A DNA stretch of 63,517 nucleotides, filler included, from Atractiella rhizophila (taxonomy: Eukaryota), in assembly GCA_021432655.1 (NCBI GenBank). It is 6 parts of 6 records of this genome, joined end to end, with 100 filler letters (N's around TTAATTAATTAA, not from the genome) between each part and the next. Parts side by side here need not be neighbours in the genome. Positions count along the whole stretch, not along the records: positions 25,400 to 36,903 come from MU271420.1; positions 37,004 to 53,411 come from MU271425.1; 4 more parts are not named here. The stretch is one strand, 5' to 3'. The notes below the pieces were generated by a model. The model did not search any database. It was not told the DNA's origin and worked only from the letters and a program-made list of their open reading frames with translations. The position numbers and the translations under genes were made by a program. Below, in pieces: positions 25,400 through 37,471 of the stretch; within the stretch, counting starts at the first letter, position 1, and every line of letters starts with the position of its first letter.

Positions 25400-26770
25400 A
25401 TGATATCCTCTACGAGCTCGGGATGTTTAACCCTTCGAAGGATGAGTTATCTAACGCGAAGGGAACAGATGCCTGCTTACGGCCAGAATAAGGAGCCGAA
25501 ACTGACAATCACGACGGAGCGTGCGCCAAACTTCGACTGCATCTCGTCAAGGAAAGCAAAATCGGAAGCGCCTTGGGGAGATGCTCGACTCTGTTTTATC
25601 CAAGTGCCATCCCAGACGGCTGTGGACTGCTGAGCGCCGACGAGGAAGATGGCCTTGGTGCCGTAATTTTCCCTTGCAACTCGAAGAAGTTCTGGCGGTT
25701 CCTATGCACCCGAAATCACGCATTTTCAACCCACAGGAGTGACACTCACAAATCCCTCAACAGAATGCACAATCAACCCGTCACTATCGCGATCGAGCTC
25801 CAACATGCCTTCGAAATTGGCTGCGATGTTGCGGGTTTCAAACATGTGATGAGGGTTTTGTTCATATTGATATCGGATCGGGAAGCCTGGAAACTTGTGT
25901 AAACCATCACTGAAGCGTGGATTCTCCCTGATAAGCTATGACAGGCATAACATAGAACAGTCAGCACCGATCATGCCTTGGTGAAGGTCAAAAGGACGGA
26001 CCTCGTCTGTTATGTCGACGAGAGAACGCTGTCCTCGTTTCTCAGGATTCTCAAAGATTGCTTTCGCTTCACCCGGGATATGGGTCATCCCTCCATCTTC
26101 AGGTCCGAAAGTCATACTTCAATGATACATCATCAGCCTCCAATGTCTCGCTCTTTCAAGGAAATACATACTTGCACCACGCATAAAACGGGAATGAAAC
26201 CCAGTCCAGGCACTTCATACTATGCTTCCCTTCTCTTCTCAGCCTCGTTGAGATGGCACCAATAGCGAAGTCCTCCCAGATGACTGTAGGGATGGGCCAC
26301 TTCTCGCCGTTCGCCTCCTCAGCATAGTGCACCGTTCCTTGTACATCTGTAAACGGTTTTCCCTCCTGTAAGGCGGGCAAGAGCTGTTCGACGGTTTCGT
26401 ACATTGCAGCTTTGCAGATGAGGACGAAAGCGTCGGAAAAGTCTTCTTTCACTTTGGGCTTCCCAACTACGACGAAACGAATAGAATCGAGGATTGAAAC
26501 CCCCTCGCCTGTGACCTTGAGATCGTTCTCGTGTTGCTCGAATTCAGCCTTTGCCATGGGCAGCACGTGCGGTTCGATGACGATGGAGAAGACATGCCCA
26601 GGGAAACGACGGATAACTGTGGAGATGATAGTGAAGAGTGGACGGAGGTGACCTGCATTTTCAATCTTCAGTTGGTTTCACACATGCAGGGACAATGTGA
26701 GGAGGAACTCACCCCATGCTGGAAGCGTGAGAACGACGGTATGAGTGTGTGGACTATTAGAGGCGGTCAT
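25400..26770 (-). CDS. UDP-glycosyltransferase (GT1), copy 1, 3'-truncated by spacer
   Basis: HTVVLTLPAW|GHLRP N-terminal motif and VIVSFGSLFWP. Near-identical to copy 2, which retains the PSPG-like box. Confidence 0.85.
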
Positions 26771-28232
26771 TTCCGGAACTTGGTTGACGGCTGTTATCGC
26801 GAGGTGTAAGCTCAAGTTATTCGTCCTCCCTTTAAACAGACCTCCATATATCCACATCACGTAGCAGGATGCGAACAATCCTCTGGAGGAGCATGTTGCT
26901 CAGCGTGGATAAATTTCGGTCGGTGGAAAATGCAAGGTGCGAGGAGGAGATCAAGCTTTGTATTCCGAGACGACGGAGCGAGCAAGGTGTGCGTTCGTAA
27001 ACAAACTCGCACGAAGGAACCGATAGTGCTATCAAATTCGACTCGATCGGCGAGATAAAAACGGTGAAGGTGGGCAAGTGTCCGGGCAAGGGTATTTTGG
27101 CTCGATAGTGGTGATACCTGTACTGAAAATACAAGGGTAGATTAGCAAACCCAGTACAAGACGCTGTCAGTGGAGACAAGCGTGGCATGGAATGCACTGA
27201 CAAATTGAGGAAGTAAGCCTCCTGGGCATCATCAATGTTCACATAGAAGGGATGTTTCAAGTTTAACTCGTTCCATACCCAACATGGGCCGTCATGCATG
27301 TACTGCACGCCTGGAAAGTACTGGTATTTTGAGCAATGGAAATGTCTGTGCATTATCATCATCTCATCGCTGTCTAAAAAGACTATGTGACCTTCGTTCA
27401 CGATAGACGTGATATTACAAACTCATATGTAATATTCAGATTCATACGTCTAGTTAGGTCTAATCTCTGAAAGAAAATTGGTTTCGTATAAATTAGTGTG
27501 TAATGCATAGGACAAGGCCCGGCAAGCAATGCAACAAGCAGCCATAGCTCAAAAGTGCATCCCTCAATTGACAGTGAATGCACTGAAAGTAACCATAGCC
27601 ATAAGGTACCGTGAATGTTAATCGGTCAACAGCTAACTGAATAGCTAACAGGCCAGCATGCTCATGCTCAAACATCAAGGCATGAGTGAACCCACGTGAT
27701 TCGTGGTCAGGAACTAGAACCAACCACACACACGACGAAGGACGTTTCAGTCCTCCAATATCTACGCCTAGCCGCACCAAACTAATCGCATATAGCTGCC
27801 CGTGAGTTCTTCTGCTATGGTGCGCGCGAACTGGCACGATAACGAGGATTAGGACGTTTGGGTATCAACGCTCCTTCGACGCAACGACATAGTGTCTTCT
27901 AAGGGACCTTTAGCTTTCAAACGCGACAAGATGGAGGACGAAACGCAGTACGCACTATTTACAAGCTCAAAACGATTTGGTTAATGAGTTATGCATTCAG
28001 GGTGTTCGGAAGCCTGGAAGACGAGTTGGCGCACTACCGTTCTCTCTCCCAATCGCTATCTGCAACCTTAGAAGATACTCGTTCCGCCTTAGAGGACTTT
28101 CAGTCGAGCAGCAAGGAGCTGGAGTATGAGCTGGAGAGGGAGCTGGCGAGCACTGAGGTGAGGGAGAAGGAGTTGAAGGCGAAGGTGGAAAGGTTGGGGG
28201 CGGATGTGGAGGATTGGAAGGTGCGCCACTTT
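25400..28232 (+). repeat. ~2.8-kb duplicated segment, copy 1 (partner 34079-36903)
   Basis: Collinear direct repeat starting atgatatcctctacgagctcgg and ending ggtgcgccacttt. Confidence 0.97.
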
Positions 28233-30078
28233 CTTTCCCTACCGCAATGGGAGGCGAAGGGCAATGGTATTGATGGTCCGTGCTGGTGATTGCATGGTGT
28301 AGGGAAAATATCAAAATGCCGTTCGCGAGAATTCGAGCAGTATGACCAAAATGCAGCGTGAGGTCGAGACGCTTAGAGCTAGCCAACAGCAGCTGAAGGA
28401 CAGACTGAGGGACATGGAGAATGATAACGACGAGTTGGAGAAATCCGAGAGGTACGTCTCCACCGTTGCCTACATCCTGCTACGTCGGTGTACGGTTGGT
28501 TGATTCGATAAACAGGGCCATGGAGACGACCTTACAAGATCTTGAACAGCGCCACGATCGTGCAATTGAGCGAGCGACTTTGTTGGAAGACGAGCTGATC
28601 AATAAAGCTCAGTTAGAGGAAGAGATTCAGCGCGTGAAGGACGAATTGCGAGATACATTGGAAGAACTGGCTATATTCCGAGGATACAAGGAGGAGAACG
28701 ATTCAATCAAGAAGGATATGGCAAATCTGCACGAGGAGATTGCGCGTCTACGAACCGTGTCACAAGAACAAGAAGCTCAGATCCGGCTCTCACGTACCAT
28801 CCGTGCGAGTTCGCCCACATCATTCGCCAATGGAACAGCACCGAAATCTCGTCCACTCACCACTTCCCGTATTGGATCCCCAACCCAATCTCACAGATTG
28901 AGCACTCTCTCGGCGAGCTCCGATGATCTCTTCAGCGATAAAGACGAGTCGACGCCTCGCAAGCGGATTGCCTCCGCTGCTGGGACAAAAGAGATCCATC
29001 CTCCACCTAACATTGCGCCATCCCCATCCCCGACGAGAAGGATTCCCTCGAATATGTCCCGCCTCCCCGTTTCCCCGTCAAGGATCCCTTCGCCGTCCAT
29101 CTCGATGAAGGCAACAATGTCGAACGCACCGTCTCTTACTGCTTCTACAGCACTGCCGAGATCTGTTGGAGCGAGGAATCTCACTGGTATTCCGAAAAGC
29201 GCCAAAGAACAGAGGGCGGAGAGCGTGTTGAAGGAGATGAAGACTATGGTTCGTCCATTCCTGTCCCTGATTTAGTCCTTTTGTGTTGGGATGCTAAACA
29301 GAGTGTGGGAGGACAGACGGAAAAGATGAAGACCATGACAGCTCGTCTAGACTCCCGTCGTGCGCTTCCACGAGCTGGAATACCTGTCCCAAGGACTTCA
29401 GGGGCAGGCTTGGTCCGCACAAACAGCAAGAAGGACATATTCGGCTCCTCTGTCGCGGGCCGTCAGTCCGTCACCTCCCGACATGCCAGCGATTCGTCTA
29501 AATCCACCGCCACTGCATCAACCTCTCTATCCGGGAAATCATCGCCTATCACAGAACCGACATCACTCTCCTCAAACCCTCGTCGTTCTTCTCTTCACCA
29601 GTCCTTCGCTGCTCCATCCGCAACAGCGACTACAGGAGGCAAGCTCGCCCGTCGTTCCCATTCTCGTCTCTCCTCCACCCCAGCCACCATCTCCGCCACC
29701 TCTCGTCCCACTACTCCAGGTGCGCCGACGACTCGCTCGCCCACGCCCTCAGAGTTGACGGACGTGATTCCACCGGCGAACACACTCTCGAAGCGCACCT
29801 CAATGGTCAGCACGGCGAGCGAGGCCAGCAAGAGATCCTCGTTGAGCGGCGCGACTTCACCAATCGGATTGGAGGATCTGACCTCTTCTGGGCTGTCTCT
29901 GTCCAGCAGCACAACGTCACGAATCCCTCCACCTAGGCGGAAGAGCGTGAATAGTCCTGCTGGAACCGGCTTGCCAGTGCTCAAACAGTCGACGGCGGCG
30001 AAAGGACCTCTTAATCAGAGCGTGAGACCTCGGAGTGGGACTGGAGGGGATGCGAAACAATTAGCAAGGTGGAGATAG
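27931..30078 (+). CDS. nudE: NudE/NDE1 dynein regulator
   Basis: FQSSSKELEYELERE, RDMENDNDELEKSER and RAIERATLLEDEL coiled coil, followed by a Ser/Pro-rich tail. Confidence 0.9.
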
Positions 30079-30550
30079 ACGAACAATCATCCCTCTTTCC
30101 TGGATACCCCTACAGTACACAAATTTCCCTAATCCTTATGGTAATCCGTCCAAGAGGTATCTACTTGTTTTCCCACTGTTCTTCGAGTCTGCGATCTCTT
30201 TCTCTCTACATAGTATCTTGCATCTGGCGTGCTTTGTTGTGTGCGTTTTGTTCCTTCGTTCCAAGTGTTCAGCTTACCATGATTCGCCCCCTGAGATGTT
30301 TGTATATCCACCTTCCTTTCGTTCATATGCATATGTAACGTGAATTAGACATTGACCTTCTCCTCTGCAAGTTCCCAATACCAAGAAGCTATACATTCAA
30401 CAAACGCTGCTACAACTCATTATGTAAACGCGGCGCTACATCCAAAACGCAGAAAGGGGAAAAAAGTGAAGCCTGCAAAATTTCGCAGAAATTCATATCC
30501 AAGCTGTATTCAAAGAGCAAAGTAGAGGACTCGACGGAAAATGCGACTGA

Positions 30551-32532
30551 TTATGGTGAACAAACCTGTAAAACGGAATGACGTACATGGAAGGCGAAAA
30601 GATTCGAATCAGGGAAGATTGACGTGGAAAAAGACACAAAACGTGGACAAATCAACGGTGTTGGACGATTAGACTTCCGAGGTGTTATCCAAGTCCATGG
30701 AAAAGCTCGAGGTCTTGCTCGGTGTGGATTGATCCGCGATTGAAGGCACTTCGTACGACTTTTCGTGGTCACCGTGTCCATTAGTGTCCGCATGGCCATT
30801 GGACTTGGGCGCAGCTTCAGTCTACGATCACGAGCGCTCTCTGGCGCATCAGGGATCGGACCTGATTCCGCCAGGGAAGAAATAGAAGACATTGCTGGGG
30901 CTTGGACGTTCGAGATTGAGCTCACTTTTCGCCCTTTCGTCCAAATCTCATACACCTGTTGTTCACTAATCAGAAAAAAAATAAAACGAATACTGATGAG
31001 CATACTGTATTTGTGGACCTCATAGCTTCTGGTATTCGCTCTCGATCCTCGATGGGAATTTCAGCAGTCTGCTCGGCTTTATGCAGCCTTTCCATAAAAA
31101 AAAAAATTTCAGCTTGGCAAACGGATAAACAAAGAATTCACCTCGACGACCGCCGCTCACCTTTCCACTCCGGCAAGGCCTTCGAAGCTCGTGTTTCCCG
31201 TTTAATTTCATTGGCCTGGCGCGAGGATCTGCGTTTCTTCTTTATTGGCTTTTGGAATTCTTCATTCTCGTCCTCCAGCTCATCGATTTCTCGATCATCG
31301 ATAAAGGAATCTTCGTCAAGTTCAGACAGGCCAGTCGTGGATTCGTCCCTTTTCCGTTTTCGACCTCGCCCTTTTGCTGCTGCCTCTTCCTCTTTAAGGA
31401 AATTATCAACTGCAGCTGGTGACGCGTAAGCTGGATCTTCCTTCGTCTGTCGTTGGCGTGTCTGTCGTTTTGGAAGATTGGCAATCGCCTGCTCCTCTCT
31501 CTTCCGTTTCTCCTCTTTCCTCTCGAATTTCTCCCGCTTTTCAGCAAGGTCTGTCCGCTTTGCTTCTCCTTCTTGAATTCGGGAGCGAACTCGATATTCG
31601 AGAACGGCTTTCAATTCCTTGTCGTGGGAATGGGTAAGAGTTGGTATGAAACTTTCGAATTCAACCTGAGTAGAGGAAACTGGATGGAACGCTGAAAAGC
31701 GCTTGTACGGGTTTTGGATCATGTAAACACGTGGCGAATCTAAATGAAGCGTCAGTTTTAGAGTTCAATTGGATTACGCGGCATTTAAATTCAACACCGC
31801 CTCGCAACCACTGGTGACGGATAATTGAAAACAACATGGAGGGGCACGCACCATCAACTTGTATGTAAACCCTACGATCCTTGTCAGTCCCCAATCGATC
31901 AACGACAAGTCGATTCCTAGTGATATCCCTTCTAGTTGCCTTCTGTGGACCTACAACGTACACGGTTAGAATGAATACGTGGAAACATCACAGAGCATAC
32001 CTAAATTATAGCATTCTGCAATCGTATTCTTGATGTCTGGGTTCATTGAAAGTCCCCAATCGACGAGCAATCGCATCAAATGGATCTACGGACAGAGAAA
32101 AAATTATTGTTCACTCAGCCTCCGCCCGATTCCTGCAGAGAAAACAAAAATCCTCACACATTCGTCCCATTTAAGGTTCCAAAAACTGCCAGCATCCTTC
32201 AACTTATTCCCATGACTTGTCCACTTGGCATTCGCGTCGCAGACCTTCCCCTTTCTCGTTCCCCAACTCAACGCGTACGGACCCTTTCCTTCCTTCGTCT
32301 CCTCCTCTTTCAACTTCCGTGCCACCCATTCCTCCAGCCACTTCTGCCATTCCTTCGGTGCTCCTGGTCGATCGTTGTGAGTACGGCCAAGGTCGCATAA
32401 TTTCGCCATGACGGTCTCAAGAATGGCATTCGGTTCTTGAGTGGATCGAAAGTCATCGATTGCAGCTTCGAATTCCATCGGCGTTGCAATGACGGGGAGG
32501 GGATCGTTGGGAGCATCTGAAAGAGTGGTCAT
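30551..32532 (-). CDS. Multi-exon probable chromatin protein (WHIM/DDT-associated-like)
   Basis: FWNLKWDE then RLVVDRLGTDKDRRVYIQVD (WHIM-like G-x-D motif), long charged/basic C-terminus. Boundaries approximate. Confidence 0.5.
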
Positions 32533-32967
32533 AGTGGTGAACTTGTGGAGGAAAGCATAGATGTACTAAGCGAATAGCACAATTTATGAGCAGCAGTGCG
32601 CGTTATTATCGAGAGAAATACGAACTGCGACCTCCCAGTTCGCGTCTGTCGGGCCATGATACGTGCTTTGCCCCTTCAATGTCGACCCGTTCTGGTGTCC
32701 CTGCCCATTCTGGGCGCCTACGTACAACGCGAAATTACTACACATTTCCCACGTGCCCATAGAAGACACTTACCAGAGGTTGAAGCCGCCTCCGCCATAA
32801 TGGTATCCGTTCGAACTTGCCTTGGAAACGGAGCAATGTGTTTTTATGAATGGCTTTCTCACGGTTCCGTTAATCCGTCCTGAAACAAGCACGCCAAGTC
32901 ACCTGACCCTTTGACTCGCTTTGCATCGTACCCACAGAGGTTCGAGTAAGAGTGTTTGGGGACACAA

Positions 32968-33772
32968 ATGGGTGTCAAAGGTGAGTCCAAATCTCATAAA
33001 AGTTGCAACGCTGAAATGGATCGTCAAAAGGGCTCTGGCAAGTGCTTTCCCCGGTCGCGCGACCCATAAACGTCGAAACGTTAGGGAATAAGAAGCTAGC
33101 CATCGATTCTTCAATATGGCTCTATCAGTTTCAATCCGCGATGAGGGACAAAAGTTCTGGACGCGCTTTGACCAACGCGCACATTTTAGGATTTCTCCGA
33201 GTTAGTCGTTGTTCCCCATTGTCATAATCTGCATTGACCTCCTTCATTGTTTCTATTTTCATAGCGTATTTGCAAGCTCTTGTATCACGGCATCAAGCCA
33301 GTCTTTGTGTTTGACGGTGGTGCTCCAGTGCTGAAGAAAAAGACAATCGTCCGCATTTTCCTCGGTCTATGTGAAGTCAATTGATTGTTCAATGCAGGCT
33401 GGTAGAAAAATCTCGTAAGAGAGGTGCCGCCGAGAGCCTCACGAAGACGGCAGAAAAGCTTCTTGCTGCTCAACTTCGAGAGGCTGCTGTTAAGCATGTC
33501 CAAAGGTTTGTATCCATCCCATTCATAAACCCTGTTTTTGCTGATACCGTAGCGCAGGCAGAAACTCCAAGCTGAAACAGGAGATTGGGTCGATGAAGAT
33601 GATGTATATCTCGACGATTTGGGCGAAGTGCGGCCGTCACGGAAACGGAAGCCAGAAGGCGAAAGCGCGACCACCACTCCCCCCAAGAAAAAGAAATACG
33701 TTCATCGCGACGAATACGAGCTTCCCCAGCCGGATACTGGGTCAACATCGTTGCATCAGAACGTCGAAGAAG
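32968..33772 (+). CDS. RAD2: Rad2/XPG nuclease, N-terminal part only (cut at 25-N gap)
   Basis: [55 protein letters not shown] (XPG-N domain). Confidence 0.95.
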
Positions 33773-33797
33773 NNNNNNNNNNNNNNNNNNNNNNNNN

Positions 33798-35439
33798 GAT
33801 CGTGGGTAAGCCATTGATTATAGTCTCGATTGTCGAGTTCATTCCACCGTGATAGATGACAGTAGATACTGCCTGGTATCACTCTTCAGTTCAAGTTCCT
33901 ATTTATGACTGGGCACGAACTGAATGTTGGAGCACCGCTTGTTGGTCCACCCATGGGCTGAATCTTGCTCTTCCAGATTCCTCTGCCTTCCTCACTAAAT
34001 CTGGCGAGAGGTTTGCATTCGGCGAAGCAGATACAAAGATGAACGGAATTTGTGGTTCGAAGTCGAGTAGAGTCTGAATGATATCCTCTACGAGCTCGGG
34101 ATGTTTAACCCTTCGAAGGATGAGTTATCTGACGCGAAGGGAACGGATGCATGCTTACGGCCAGAATAAGGAGCCGAAGCTGACAATTACGACGGAGCGT
34201 GCACCAAACTTCGACTGCATCTCGTCAAGGAAAGCAAAATCGGAAGCACCTTGGGGAGATGCTCGACTCTGTTTTATCCAAGTGCCATCCCAGACGGCTG
34301 TGGACTGCTGAGCGCCGACGAGGAAGATGGCTTTGGTGCCGTAATTTTCCCTTGCAACTCGAAGAAGTTCTGGCGGTTCCTATGCACCCCGAAATCAGGC
34401 GCTTTCAACTCACAGGAGTGCTACTCACAAATCCTTCGACAGAATGTACAATCAATCCGTCACTATCGCGATCAAGCTCCAACATGCCTTCGAAATTGGC
34501 TGCGATGTTGCGGGTTTCAAACATGTGATGAGGGTTTTGTTCATATTGATAACGGATCGGGAAGCCAGGAAATTTGTGTAACCCATCACTGAGGCGTGGA
34601 TTCTCCCTGATAAGCTATGGCAGGCATAACATAGAACAGTCAGCACGGATTATGCCTTGGTGAAGGTCAAAAAGGACGGACCTCGTCTGTTATGTCCACG
34701 AGAGAATGCTGTCCTCGTTTCTCAGGATCCTCAAAGATTGCTTTCGCTTCACCCGGGATATGGGCCATCCCTCCATCTTTTGGTCCGAAAGTCATACTTC
34801 AATGATACATCATCAGCCTCCAATGTCTCGCTCTTTCAAGGAAATACATACTTGCACCACGCATAAAACGGGAATGAAACCCAGTCCAGGCACTTCATAC
34901 TATGCTTCCCTTCTCTTCTCAGCCTCGTTGAGATGGCACCAATAGCGAAGTCCTCCCAGATGACTGTAGGGATGGGCCACTTCTCGCCGTTCGCCTCCTC
35001 AGCATAGTGCACCGTTCCTTGTACATCTGTAAACGGTTTTCCCTCCTGTAAGGCGGGCAAGAGCTGTTCGACGGTTTCGTACATTGCAGCTTTGCAGATG
35101 AGGACGAAAGCGTCGGAAAAGTCTTCTTTCACTTTGGGCTTCCCAACTACGACGAAACGAATAGAATCGAGGATTGAAACCCCCTCGCCTGTGACCTTGA
35201 GATCGTTCTCGTGTTGCTCGAATTCAGCTTGTGCCATGGGGAGCACGTGAGGTTCGATGACGATGGAGAAGACGTGTCCTGGGTAACGACGGATGACAGT
35301 GGAGATGATGGTGAAGAGTGGACGGAGATGCCCTGCATACTCAACGGTCAGTTTATTGCGCATGCAGGGAGATGGCGCGGAGGAGCTCACCCCATGCTGG
35401 AAGCGTGAGAACGACGGTATGAGTGTGTGGAGCCTTCAT
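33798..35439 (-). CDS. UDP-glycosyltransferase (GT1), copy 2, 3'-truncated by gap
   Basis: MKAPHTHTVVLTLPAW|GHLRP; SFGSLFWP; PWVDQQAVLQHS|AVSTVIYHGGMNSTIETIINGLP (PSPG-like box). Confidence 0.9.
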
Positions 35440-36601
35440 TTCCCGTAACTTGGTTGACTGCTGTTATCGCGAAGTGTAAGCTCGAGCAATTCGTCCTCCC
35501 TTTAAACAGATCTCCATATATTCCCATCATGTAGCAGGATGCGAACAATGCTTTAGAGGAGCATGTTGCTCAGCTTGGATAAATTTCGGTCGGTGGAAAA
35601 TGCAAGCTGCGAGGAGATCAAGCTTTGTATTCCGAGACGACGGAGCGAGCAAGGTGTGCGTTCGTAAACAAAGTCGCACGAAGGAACCGATAGTGCCATC
35701 AAATTCGACTCGATCGGCGAGATAAAAACGGTGAAGGTGGGCAAGTGTCGGGCAAAGGTATTTTTGCTCGATAGTGGTGATTCCTGTACTGAAAATACAA
35801 GGGTAGATTAGCAAACCCAGTACAAGACGCTGTCAGTGGAGACAAGCGTGGCATGGAATGCACTGACAAATTGAGGAAGTAAGCCTCTTGGGCATCATCA
35901 ATGTTCACATAGAAGGGATGTTTCAAGTTTAACTCGTTCCATACCCAACATGGGCCGTCATGCATGTACTGCACGCCTGGAAAGTACTGGTATTTTGAGC
36001 AATGGAAATGTCTGTGCATTATCATCATCTCATCGCTGTCTAAAAAGACTATGTGACCTTCGTTCACGATAGACGTAATATTACAAACTCATATGTAATA
36101 TTCAGATTCATACGTCTAGTTAGGACTAATCTCTGAAAGAAAATTGGTTTCGTATAAATTAGTGTGTAATGAATGGGACAAGGACCTGCAAGCAATACAA
36201 CAAGGAGCCTCAATGATGAGCTCAAAAGTGCATCCCTCAGCTGACAGTGAATGACCGAAATAACCATAACAATAAGGCAGTCCCGGTTAACAGCCAACTG
36301 AATAGCTAACAGGCCAGCATGCTCATGCTCAAACATCAAGGCATGAGTGAACCCACGTGATTCGTGGTCAGGAACTAGAACCAACCAGCGTGAATGCACA
36401 ACACGACGAAGGACGTTGCAGTCCTCCAATATCTACGCCCAGCCACACCAAACTAATCGCATATAGCTGCCCGTGAGTTCTTCTGCTATGGTGCGCGCGA
36501 ACTGGCACGATAACGAGGATTAGGACGTTTGGGTATCAACGCTCCTTCGACGCAACGACATAGTGTCTTCTAAGGGACCTTTAGCTTTCAAACGCGACAA
36601 G

Positions 36602-36903
36602 ATGGAGGACGAAACGCAGTACGCACTATTTCTAAGCTCAAAACGATTTGGTTAATGAGTTATGCATTCAGGGTGTTCGGAAGCTTGGAAGACGAGTTGG
36701 CGCACTACCGTTCTCTCTCCCAATCGCTATCTGCAACCTTAGAAGATACTCGTTCCGCCTTAGAGGACTTTCAGTCGAGCAGCAAGGAGCTGGAGTATGA
36801 GCTGGAGAGGGAGCTGGCGAGCACTGAGGTGAGGGAGAAGGAGTTGAAGGCGAAGGTGGAAAGGTTGGGGGCGGATGTGGAGGATTGGAAGGTGCGCCAC
36901 TTT
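36602..36903 (+). CDS. NudE 5' fragment, second copy, cut by spacer
   Basis: Near-identical to 27931-28232. Confidence 0.85.
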
Positions 36904-37471
36904 NNNNNNNNNNNNNNNNNNNNNNNNNNNNNNNNNNNNNNNNNNNNTTAATTAATTAANNNNNNNNNNNNNNNNNNNNNNNNNNNNNNNNNNNNNNNNN
37001 NNNCCTACCACGACGAGCAGCCCTTTTTGACGATGGACGGCGCTCTCGAATTAACTTCAGCCCATAACGATGACTCCGTCCTCCAGCACTGTGCCTAAGC
37101 AGAAGAAGATCCTCATGTCTGTGGACTAAGAGCTATTGCAACAGGTTTTGTAAAAGACAGAGAATTTCCTTCTGCTTTGGTACAGTATCTGGAGGTGTAC
37201 AGGATTGGGATCTTTATCTGGTATGGTCTTCCTCCGGTTTTTTTCTCTCTGCTGAAGATTTCTTGTGTTCGGTAGCTCTCATGCTCTCAATCGTCTCCGC
37301 CATAACTTTAACTTTCCCCTTGCCATCTATCATCTTACCACTGCCCGTCTTTCGTAGCTTCACAACGATGCCTCTCCACCTCTCCCGCTCCCTTTCCGCA
37401 GGAGCAGAATCTTCCGAGGTGTGGATGTGGATGGACGAAGTGCTGGTCTATTGGGCAAGTTCTCTCCCGTC

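Noticed and set aside
26832..27401. 189-aa ORF between UGT and NudE
   Set aside because: No recognisable motif, and the frame breaks in the second copy (35553-36067).
33798..34078. Expected a fourth mirrored block after the 25-N gap at 33773-33797
   Set aside because: It reads normally as UGT exons on the minus strand.
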